This document shows positions 1 to 10,726 of a stretch of 17,854 nt of DNA, in pieces; within the stretch, counting starts at the first letter, position 1, and each line of letters opens with the position of its first letter. Under the pieces are notes generated by a model. That model did not search any database. It was not told the origin of the DNA and saw only the letters and a program-made list of their open reading frames with translations. This stretch comes from Utricularia gibba. Lineage: Eukaryota; Plantae; Magnoliophyta. The translations under genes and the position numbers were made by a program. The stretch lies in assembly GCA_002189035.1 (NCBI GenBank), contig NEEC01000083.1, positions 1 through 17,854 on the forward strand, in the 5' to 3' direction.

Positions 1-2505
1 CGATTAAAAAAAATGATGCATTTGTTTAAATTGCGATATCATGTGCACCCACATGATTTTTTCAACAACTTACTTTATACTTGAGGAGGCGGTCTTGGGG
101 TGCACCTGGAACGGGACAAAGGTAAGGTTTGGCTTGCGGCGAGAGTTAGTTGTAGCCCGGCAAATAAAGTGATGTATTTTTTTATCGTTCGGTTTTTTCG
201 GGGGCTGCCTACATGGTTTTTCAAGGAACCGCTTCTCGTTTTGTGGCGGCCAGTCTCGCTGGAACTTGGTTTGACCCCGATTCTGTATGGCTCATGAGGT
301 CAACCGGATGCAAATCGATTAAAAAAAATGATGCATTTGTTTAAATTGCGATATGACGTGCACCCCACATGATTTTTTCAACAACTTACTTTATACTTGG
401 GGAGGCGGTCTTGGGGTGCACCTTGAACGGGACAAAGGTAAGGTTTGGCTTGCGCCGAGAGTTAGTTATAGCCCCACAAATAAAGTGATGTATTTATATC
501 GTTCGGTTTTCGGGGCTACTACATGGTTTTTCAAGAACCGCTTCTCGTTTTGTGGCGGCCAGTCTCGCTGGGAAATTGGTCCTTTACCCCGATTTTGTAT
601 GGCTCATGAGGTCAACCGGATGCAAATCGATTAAAAAAAATGATGCATTTGTTTAAATTGCGATATCATGTGCACCCCACATGATTTTTTCAACAACTTA
701 CTTTATACTTGAGGAGGCGGTCTTGGGGTGCAGCTGGAACGGGACAAAGGTAAGGTTTGGCTTGCGCGAGAGTTAGTTGTAGCCCGGCAAATAAAGTGAT
801 GTATTTATTATCGTTCGGTTTTCGGGGGCTGCCTACATGGTTTTTCAAGGAACCGCTTCTCGTTTTGTGGCGGCCAGTCTCGCTGGGAACTTGGTTTTTG
901 ACCCCGATTCTGTATGGCTCATGAGGTCAACCGGATGCAAATCGATTAAAAAAAATGATGCATTTGTTTAAATTGCGATATCACGTGCACCCCACATGAT
1001 TTTTTCAACAACTTACTTTATACTTGAGGAGGCGGTCTTGGGGTGCACTGGAACGGGACAAAGGTAAGGTTTGGCTTGCGCCGAGAGTTAGTTGTAGCCC
1101 GGCAAATAAAGTGATGTATTTTTTATCGTTCGGTTTTCGGGGGCTGCCTACATGGTTTTTCAAGGAACCGCTTCTCGTTTTGTGGCGGCCAGTCTCGCTG
1201 GGAACTTGGTCCTTGACCCCGATTCTGTATGGCTCATGAGGTCAACCGGATGCAAATCGATTAAAAAAAATGATGCATTTGTTTAAATTGCGATATCACG
1301 TGCACCCCACATGATTTTTTCAACAACTTACTTTATACTTGAGGAGGCGGTCTTGGGGTGCTTGAACGGGACAAAGGTAAGGTTTGGCTTGCGCCGAGAG
1401 TTAGTTGTAGCCCGACAAATAAAGTGATGTATTTATTATCGTTCGGTTTTCGGGGCTGCCTACATGGTTTTTCAAGGAACCGCTTCTCGTTTTGTGGCGG
1501 CCAGTCTCGCTGGGAACTTGGTCCTTGACCCCGATTCTGTATGGCTCATGAGGTCAACCGGATGCAAATCGATTAAAAAAAATGATGCATTTGTTTAAAT
1601 TGCGATATCACGTGCACCCCACATGATTTTTTCAACAACTTACTTTATACTTGAGGAGGCGGTCTTGGGTGCACTGGAACGGGACAAAGGTAAGGTTTGG
1701 CTTGCGCCGAGAGTTAGTTGTAGCCCAAATAAAGTGATGTATTTATTATCGTTCGGTTTTCGGGGCTGCCTACATGGTTTTTCAAGGAACCGCTTCTCGT
1801 TTTGTGGCGGCCAGTCTCGCTGGGAACTTGGTCCTTGACCCCGATTCTGTATGGCTCATGAGGTCAACCGGATGCAAATCGATTAAAAAAAATGATGCAT
1901 TTGTTTAAATTGCGATATCATGTGCACCCCACATGATTTTTTCAACAACTTACTTTATACTTGAGGAGGCGGTCTTGGGTGCACTGGAACGGGACAAAGG
2001 TAAGGTTTGGCTTGCGCCGAGAGTTAGTTGTAGCCCGACAAATAAAGTGATGTATTTATTATCGTTCGGTTTTCGGGGGCTGCCTACATGGTTTTTCAAG
2101 GAACCGCTTCTCGTTTTGTGGCGGCCAGTCTCGCTGGGAACTTGGTCCTTGACCCCGATTCTGTATGGCTCATGAGGTCAACCGGATGCAAATCGATTAA
2201 AAAAAATGATGCATTTGTTTAAATTGCGATATCACGTGCACCCCACATGATTTTTTCAACAACTTACTTTATACTTGAGGAGGCGGTCTTGGGGTGCACT
2301 GGAACGGGACAAAGGTAAGGTTTGGCTTGCGCCGAGAGTTAGTTGTAGCCCGAAAATAAAGTGATGTATTTATTATCGTTCGGTTTTCGGGGGCTGCCTA
2401 CATGGTTTTTCAAGGAACCGCTTCTCGTTTTGTGGCGGCCAGTCTCGCTGGGAACTTGGTCCTTGACCCCGATTCTGTATGGCTCATGAGGTCAACCGGA
2501 TGCAA

Positions 2506-2544
2506 ATCGATTAAAAAAAATGATGCATTTGTTTAAATTGCGAT
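2506..2544. other. Imperfect AT-rich hairpin ATCGAT-TAAAAAAAATG-ATG-CATTTGTTTAA-AT(TG)CGAT (once per unit)
   Basis: TTAAAAAAAATG pairs with CATTTGTTTAA with one bulge and one mismatch around a 3-nt loop; ATCGAT pairs with AT(TG)CGAT. Manual pairing only, no energy calculation. Confidence 0.5.
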
Positions 2545-2549
2545 ATCAC

Positions 2550-2613
2550 GTGCACCCCACATGATTTTTTCAACAACTTACTTTATACTTGAGGAGGCGG
2601 TCTTGGGGTGCAC
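2550..2613. other. Perfect 10-bp inverted repeat GTGCACCCCA / TGGGGTGCAC with a 44-nt loop (once per unit)
   Basis: Left arm 2550-2559 is the exact reverse complement of right arm 2604-2613. The loop is CATGATTTTTTCAACAACTTACTTTATACTTGAGGAGGCGGTCT, with a weak inner TCAA/TTGA pairing. Confidence 0.9.
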
Positions 2614-2724
2614 TGGAACGGGACAAAGGTAAGGTTTGGCTTGCGCCGAGAGTTAGTTGTAGCCCGACAAATAAAGTGATGTATTTATTATCGTTCGGTT
2701 TTCGGGGGCTGCCTACATGGTTTT

Positions 2725-2781
2725 TCAAGGAACCGCTTCTCGTTTTGTGGCGGCCAGTCTCGCTGGGAACTTGGTCCTTGA
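2725..2781. other. Stem TCAAGGAACC / GGTCCTTGA enclosing small hairpins CCGC..GCGG and CCAG-TCTCG-CTGG (once per unit)
   Basis: 2725-2734 pairs with 2773-2781 with one bulge; CCAG 2754-2757 pairs with CTGG 2763-2766. Manual pairing only. Confidence 0.45.
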
Positions 2782-3764
2782 CCCCGATTCTGTATGGCTC
2801 ATGAGGTCAACCGGATGCAAATCGATTAAAAAAAATGATGCATTTGTTTAAATTGCGATATCACGTGCACCCCACATGATTTTTTCAACAACTTACTTTA
2901 TACTTGAGGAGGCGGTCTTGGGGTGCACCTGAACGGGACAAAGGTAAGGTTTGGCTTGCGCCGAGAGTTAGTTGTAGCCCGAAATAAAGTGATGTATTTA
3001 TTATCGTTCGGTTTTCGGGGGCTGCCTACATGGTTTTTCAAGGAACCGCTTCTCGTTTTGTGGCGGCCAGTCTCGCTGGGAACTTGGTCCTTGACCCCGA
3101 TTCTGTATGGCTCATGAGGTCAACCGGATGCAAATCGATTAAAAAAAATGATGCATTTGTTTAAATTGCGATATCACGTGCACCCCACATGATTTTTTCA
3201 ACAACTTACTTTATACTTGAGGAGGCGGTCTTGGGGTGCACTGAACGGGACAAAGGTAAGGTTTGGCTTGCGCCGAGAGTTAGTTGTAGCCCGACAAATA
3301 AAGTGATGTATTTATTATCGTTCGGTTTTCGGGGGCTGCCTACATGGTTTTTCAAGGAACCGCTTCTCGTTTTGTGGCGGCCAGTCTCGCTGGGAACTTG
3401 GTCCTTGACCCCGATTCTGTATGGCTCATGAGGTCAACCGGATGCAAATCGATTAAAAAAAATGATGCATTTGTTTAAATTGCGATATCACGTGCACCCC
3501 ACATGATTTTTTCAACAACTTACTTTATACTTGAGGAGGCGGTCTTGGGTGCAGCTGGAACGGGACAAAGGTAAGGTTTGGCTTGCGCCGAGAGTTAGTT
3601 GTAGCCCGACAAATAAAGTGATGTATTTATTATCGTTCGGTTTTCGGGGGCTGCCTACATGGTTTTTCAAGGAACCGCTTCTCGTTTTGTGGCGGCCAGT
3701 CTCGCTGGGAACTTGGTCCTTGACCCCGATTCTGTATGGCTCATGAGGTCAACCGGATGCAAAT

Positions 3765-3943
3765 CGATTAAAAAAAATGATGCATTTGTTTAAATTGCGA
3801 TATGTGCACCCCACATGATTTTTTCAACAACTTACTTTATACTTGAGGAGGCGGTCTTGGGTGCAGATAAGGACTAAAGTGCACATGAAGGAACCAATTG
3901 GTCCTTGGATTCTTATGGCTCATGAGGTCAACCGGATGCAAAT
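3765..3943. repeat. Collapsed monomer (179 bp)
   Basis: Normal up to GGTCTTGGGTGCA (~3864), then fragments (AAGGAACC, TTGGTCCTTG), then the normal ATGGCTCATGAGG. Confidence 0.9.
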
Positions 3944-6900
3944 CGATTAAAAAAAATGATGCATTTGTTTAAATTGCGATATCATGTGCACCCACATGAT
4001 TTTTTCAACAACTTACTTTATACTTGAGGAGGCGGTCTTGGGGTGCACTGGAACGGGACAAAGGTAAGGTTTGGCTTGCGCCGAGAGTTAGTTGTAGCCC
4101 GACAAATAAAGTGATGTATTTATTATCGTTCGGTTTTCGGGGGCTGCCTACATGGTTTTTCAAGGAACCGCTTCTCGTTTTGTGGCGCCAGTCTCGCTGG
4201 GAACTTGGTCCTTGACCCCGATTCTGTATGGCTCATGAGGTCAACCGGATGCAAATCGATTAAAAAAAATGATGCATTTGTTTAAATTGCGATATCACGT
4301 GCACCCCACATGATTTTTTCAACAACTTACTTTATACTTGAGGAGGCGGTCTTGGGTGCAGCTGGAACGGGACAAAGGTAAGGTTTGGCTTGCGCGAGAG
4401 TTAGTTGTAGCCCGGCAAATAAAGTGATGTATTTTTTATCGTTCGGTTTTCGGGGGCTGCCTACATGGTTTTTCAAGGAACCGCTTCTCGTTTTGTGGCG
4501 GCCAGTCTCGCTGGGAACTTGGTCCTTGACCCCGATTCTGTATGGCTCATGAGGTCAACCGGATGCAAATCGATTAAAAAAAATGATGCATTTGTTTAAA
4601 TTGCGATATCACGTGCACCCCACATGATTTTTTTCAACAACTTACTTTATACTTGAGGAGGCGGTCTTGGGTGCACCTGAACGGGACAAAGGTAAGGTTT
4701 GGCTTGCGCGAGAGTTAGTTGTAGCCCGACAAATAAAGTGATGTATTTATTATCGTTCGGTTTTCGGGGGCTGCCTACATGGTTTTTCAAGGAACCGCTT
4801 CTCGTTTTGTGGCGGCCAGTCTCGCTGGGAACTTGGTCCTTGACCCCGATTCTGTATGGCTCATGAGGTCAACCGGATGCAAATCGATTAAAAAAAATGA
4901 TGCATTTGTTTAAATTGCGATATCACGTGCACCCCACATGATTTTTTCAACAACTTACTTTATACTTGAGGAGGCGGTCTTGGGGTGCAGCTGGAACGGG
5001 ACAAAGGTAAGGTTTGGCTTGCGCGAGAGTTAGTTGTAGCCCGACAAATAAAGTGATGTATTTATTATCGTTCGGTTTTCGGGGCTGCCTACATGGTTTT
5101 TCAAGGAACCGCTTCTCGTTTTGTGGCGGCCAGTCTCGCTGGGAACTTGGTCCTTGACCCCGATTCTGTATGGCTCATGAGGTCAACCGGATGCAAATCG
5201 ATTAAAAAAAATGATGCATTTGTTTAAATTGCGATATCACGTGCACCCCACATGATTTTTTCAACAACTTACTTTATACTTGAGGAGGCGGTCTTGGGGT
5301 GCACTGGAACGGGACAAAGGTAAGGTTTGGCTTGCGCGAGAGTTAGTTGTAGCCCGACAAATAAAGTGATGTATTTATTATCGTTCGGTTTTCGGGGGCT
5401 GCCTACATGGTTTTTCAAGGAACCGCTTCTCGTTTTGTGGCGGCCAGTCTCGCTGGGAACTTGGTCCTTGACCCCGATTCTGTATGGCTCATGAGGTCAA
5501 CCGGATGCAAATCGATTAAAAAAAATGATGCATTTGTTTAAATTGCGATATCACGTGCACCCCACATGATTTTTTCAACAACTTACTTTATACTTGAGGA
5601 GGCGGTCTTGGGGTGCACAACGGGACAAAGGTAAGGTTTGGCTTGCGCCGAGAGTTAGTTGTAGCCCGACGTTCGGTTTTCGGGGGCTGCCTACATGGTT
5701 TTTCAAGGAACCGCTAGTCTCGCTGGGAACTTGGTCCTTGACCCCGATTCTGTATGGCTCATGAGGTCAACCGGATGCAAATCGATTAAAAAAAATGATG
5801 CATTTGTTTAAATTGCGATATCACGTGCACCCCACATGATTTTTTCAACAACTTACTTTATACTTGAGGAGGCGGTGGGTGCACTGGAACGGGACAAAGG
5901 TAAGGTTTGGCTTGCAGAGTTAGTTGTAGCCCGCAAATAAAGTGATGTATTTATTATCGTTCGGTTTTCGGGGGCTGCCTACATGGTTTTTCAAGGAACC
6001 GCTTCTCGTTTTGTGGCGGCCAGTCTCGCTGGGAACTTGGTCCTTGACCCCGATTCTGTATGGCTCATGAGGTCAACCGGATGCAAATCGATTAAAAAAA
6101 ATGATGCATTTGTTTAAATTGCGATATCATGTGCACCCCACATGATTTTTTCAACAACTTACTTTATACTTGAGGAGGCGGTCTTGGGTGCACTGGAACG
6201 GGACAAAGGTAAGGTTTGGCTTGCGAGAGTTAGTTGTAGCCCCAAATAAAGTGATGTATTTATTATCGTTCGGTTTTCGGGGGCTGCCTACATGGTTTTT
6301 CAAGGAACCGCTTCTCGTTTTGTGGCGGCCAGTCTCGCTGGGAACTTGGTCCTTGACCCCGATTCTGTATGGCTCATGAGGTCAACCGGATGCAAATCGA
6401 TTAAAAAAAATGATGCATTTGTTTAAATTGCGATATCACGTGCACCCCACATGATTTTTTCAACAACTTACTTTATACTTGAGGAGGCGGGGGGTGCACA
6501 ACGGGACAAAGGTAAGGTTTGGCTTGCGCCGAGAGTTAGTTGTAGCCCCAAATAAAGTGATGTATTTATTATCGTTCGGTTTTCGGGGGCTGCCTACATG
6601 GTTTTTCAAGGAACCGCTTCTCGTTTTGTGGCGGCCAGTCTCGCTGGGAACTTGGTCCTTGACCCCGATTCTGTATGGCTCATGAGGTCAACCGGATGCA
6701 AATCGATTAAAAAAAATGATGCATTTGTTTAAATTGCGATATCACGTGCACCCCACATGATTTTTTCAACAACTTACTTTATACTTGAGGAGGCGGTCTT
6801 GGGGTGCACTGGAACGGGACAAAGGTAAGGTTTGGCTTGCGCGAGAGTTAGTTGTAGCCCAAATAAAGTGATGTATTTATTATCGTTCGGTTTTCGGGGG

Positions 6901-7014
6901 CTGCCTACATGGTTTTTCAAGGAACCGCTTCTCGTTTTGTGGCGGCCAGTCTCGCTGGGAACTTGGTCCTTGACCCCGATTCTGTATGGCTCATGAGGTC
7001 AACCGGATGCAAAT

Positions 7015-8866
7015 CGATTAAAAAAAATGATGCATTTGTTTAAATTGCGATATCACGTGCACCCCACATGATTTTTTCAACAACTTACTTTATACTTGAG
7101 GAGGCGGTCTTGGGGTGCACCTTAAGGTTTGGCTTGCGCCCGACCGTTCGGTTTTCGGGGCTGCGGTTTTTCAAGGAACCGCTTCTCGTTTTGTGGCGGC
7201 CAGTCTCGCTGGGAACTTGGTCCTTGACCCCGATTCTGTATGGCTCATGAGGTCAACCGGATGCAAATCGATTAAAAAAAATGATGCATTTGTTTAAATT
7301 GCGATATCATGTGCACCCCACATGATTTTTTCAACAACTTACTTTATACTTGAGGAGCTTAAGGTTTACACCGTTCGGTTTTCGGGGGCTGCCTACATGG
7401 TTTTTCAAGGAACCGCTTCTCGTTTTGTGGCGGCTCAAACGCTGGGCTCATGAGGTCAACCGGATTCGATTAAAAAAAATGATGCATTTGTTTAAATTGC
7501 GATATGACCCCGATTCTGTATGGCTAAGGTTTGGCTTGCGCCCCGTCAACATAAAATTCTGTATTCATGAGGTCAAAAAATCGATTCATTTGTTTAAATT
7601 GCGATATCACGTGCACCCCACATGATTTTTTCAACAACTTACTTTATACTTGAGGAGGCGGTCTTGGGTGCACTAACGGGACAAAGGTAAGGTTTGGCTT
7701 GCGCCGAGAGTTAGTTGTAGCCCACCGACATGGTTTTGGAACCGAGTCTCGCTGGGAACTTGGTCCTTGATTCTGTATGGCTCCTGCAAATCGCCGATAT
7801 CATGTGCACCCCACATGATTCGTACTGGTAAGGTTTGGCTTGCGCGAGAGTTAGTTGTAGCTAAAGTGATGTATTTATTATCGTTCGGTTTTCGGGGCTG
7901 CCTACATGGTTTTTCAAGGAACCGCTTCTCGTTTTGTGGCGGCCAGTCTCGCTGGGAACTTGGTCCTTGACCCCGATTCTGTATGGCTCATGAGGTCAAC
8001 CGGATGCAAATCGATTAAAAAAAATGATGCATTTGTTTAAATTGCGATATCACGTGCACCCCACATGATTTTTTCAACAACTTACTTTATACTTGAGGAG
8101 GCGGTCTTGGGGTGCATGAACGGGACAAAGGTAAGGTTTGGCAGAGTTAGTTGTAGCCCCACATGATTAACATTCTTACTTTCATTCGATTGATGCATTT
8201 GTTTAGCGGTGCACCCCACATGGTCTTGGGTGCACTGTAAGGAGACGGACAAAAGGTAAGGTTTGATTCTGTATGGCTCATGAGGTCAACCGGATGCAAA
8301 TCGATTAAAAAAAATGATGCATTTGTTTAAATTGCGATATCACGTGCACCCCACATGATTTTTTCAACAACTTACTTTATACTTGAGGAGGCGGTCTTGG
8401 GTGCACTGGAACGGGACAAAGGTAAGGTTTGGCTTGCGCCGAGAGTTAGTTGTAGCCCGTTCGGTTTTCGGGGCTGCCTACATGGTTTTTCAAGGAACCG
8501 CTTCTCGTTTTGTGGCGGCCAGTCTCGCTGGGAACTTGGTCCTTGACCCCTGTATTCTGTCAACCGGATGGCTCGATGAGGTCAACCGGTCAAAGTCGAA
8601 CAAAATGATGCATTGGTGTTCTATGGCTCATGAGGTCAACCGGATGCAAATCGATTAAAAAAAATGATGCATTTGTTTAAATTGCGTGATTTTTTCAACA
8701 ACTTACTTTATACTTGAGGAGGCGGTCTTGGGTGCACCCGGGACAAAGGTAAGGTTTGGCAGACGTGATGTATTCACATGGTTTTTCAAGGAACCGCTTA
8801 GTCTCGCTGGGAACTTGGTCCTTGACCCCGATTCTGTATGGCTCATGAGGTCAACCGGATGCAAAT
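7015..8866. repeat. Block of about 10 collapsed or scrambled monomers
   Basis: Anchor spacings are about 254, 198, 115, 210, 220, 175, 115, 295, 55 and 215 bp, all made of unit-derived fragments. Confidence 0.85.
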
Positions 8867-10726
8867 CGATTAAAAAAAATGATGCATTTGTTTAAATTGC
8901 GATATCACGTGCACCCCACATGATTTTTTCAACAACTTACTTTATACTTGAGGAGGCGGTCTTGGGTGCACTGGAACGGGACAAAGGTAAGGTTTGGCTT
9001 GCGCGAGAGTTAGTTGTAGCCCGCAAATAAAGTGATGTATTTATTATCGTTCGGTTTTCGGGGCTGCCTACATGGTTTTTCAAGGAACCGCTTCTCGTTT
9101 TGTGGCGGCCAGTCTCGCTGGGAACTTGGTCCTTGACCCCGATTCTGTATGGCTCATGAGGTCAACCGGATGCAAATCGATTAAAAAAAATGATGCATTT
9201 GTTTAAATTGCGATATCACGTGCACCCCACATGATTTTTTCAACAACTTACTTTATACTTGAGGAGGCGGTCTTGGGTGCACTAACGGGACAAAGGTAAG
9301 GTTTGGCTTGCGCCGAGAGTTAGTTGTAGCCCGACAAATAAAGTGATGTATTTATTATCGTTCGGTTTTCGGGGGCTGCCTACATGGTTTTTCAAGGAAC
9401 CGCTTCTCGTTTTGTGGCGGCCAGTCTCGCTGGGAACTTGGTCCTTGACCCCGATTCTGTATGGCTCATGAGGTCAACCGGATGCAAATCGATTAAAAAA
9501 AATGATGCATTTGTTTAAATTGCGATATCACGTGCACCCCACATGATTTTTTCAACAACTTACTTTATACTTGAGGAGGCGGTCTTGGGGTGCACTGGAA
9601 CGGGACAAAGGTAAGGTTTGGCTTGCGCCGAGAGTTAGTTGTAGCCCGACAAATAAAGTGATGTATTTATTATCGTTCGGTTTTCGGGGCTGCCTACATG
9701 GTTTTTCAAGGAACCGCTTCTCGTTTTGTGGCGGCCAGTCTCGCTGGGAACTTGGTCCTTGACCCCGATTCTGTATGGCTCATGAGGTCAACCGGATGCA
9801 AATCGATTAAAAAAAATGATGCATTTGTTTAAATTGCGATATCACGTGCACCCCACATGATTTTTTCAACAACTTACTTTATACTTGAGGAGGCGGTCTT
9901 GGGTGCACTGAACGGGACAAAGGTAAGGTTTGGCTTGCGCCGAGAGTTAGTTGTAGCCCGACAAATAAAGTGATGTATTTATTATCGTTCGGTTTTCGGG
10001 GCTGCCTACATGGTTTTTCAAGGAACCGCTTCTCGTTTTGTGGCGGCCAGTCTCGCTGGGAACTTGGTCCTTGACCCCGATTCTGTATGGCTCATGAGGT
10101 CAACCGGATGCAAATCGATTAAAAAAAATGATGCATTTGTTTAAATTGCGATATCACGTGCACCCCACATGATTTTTTCAACAACTTACTTTATACTTGA
10201 GGAGGCGGTCTTGGGTGCAGCTGAACGGGACAAAGGTAAGGTTTGGCTTGCGCCGAGAGTTAGTTGTAGCCCGAAATAAAGTGATCGTTCGGTTTTCGGG
10301 GCTGCCTACATGGTTTTTCAAGGAACCGCTTCTCGTTTTGTGGCGGCCAGTCTCGCTGGGAACTTGGTCCTTGACCCCGATTCTGTATGGCTCATGAGGT
10401 CAACCGGATGCAAATCGATTAAAAAAAATGATGCATTTGTTTAAATTGCGATATCAGTGCACCCCACATGATTTTTTCAACAACTTACTTTATACTTGAG
10501 GAGGCGGTCTTGGGTGCACTGAACGGGACAAAGGTAAGGTTTGGCTTGCGCGAGAGTTAGTTGTAGCCCGACAAATAAAGTGATGTATTTATTATCGTTC
10601 GGTTTTCGGGGGCTGCCTACATGGTTTTTCAAGGAACCGCTTCTCGTTTTGTGGCGGCCAGTCTCGCTGGGAACTTGGTCCTTGACCCCGATTCTGTATG
10701 GCTCATGAGGTCAACCGGATGCAAAT

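Larger units (their letters stand above)
2508..2822. repeat. Representative near-consensus monomer (315 bp, ~46% GC)
   Basis: Matches the majority base at essentially every position by eye; hand count 145 G+C of 315. The true unit may be 316 bp if the variable site is GTGCACCTGG. Confidence 0.9.

Noticed and set aside
2561-2606. Sigma70 promoter (TATACT) plus Shine-Dalgarno GAGGAGG before TTG
   Set aside because: The -35 position is ATGATT (3/6 match), the SD-like run sits directly against the -10 box, and the downstream TTG frame is only about 9-25 codons.
2625-2700. Eukaryotic signals: splice donor AG|GTAAG and AATAAA followed by a GT/T-rich tract; spliced-leader RNA repeat
   Set aside because: These short motifs are expected by chance. 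There is no match to the nematode, trypanosome, flatworm or dinoflagellate leaders I know and no convincing Sm site.
2508-2822. Endless stop-free ORF across copies (DRT2/Neo-like), suggested by 315 = 3 x 105
   Set aside because: All six frames hit a stop within the first ~60 nt of the unit (plus strand TGA, TAA, TAA; minus strand via TTA, TTA, TCA).
2508-2822. 5S rDNA or tRNA tandem repeat
   Set aside because: I found no 5S internal control region or tRNA cloverleaf on either strand; only a GCCATAC-like fragment on the minus strand resembles 5S.
2640-2822. Circular integron cassette or attC site
   Set aside because: There is no proper RYYYAAC...GTTRRRY pair (the closest are GGTCAAC and GTTAGTT) and no cassette ORF.
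2787-2823. Hammerhead ribozyme (CTCATGAG...GCAAA)
   Set aside because: The core needs CUGANGA and GAAA. Here it reads CUCAUGA and GCAAA, the flanking helices are absent, and there is no match on the minus strand.
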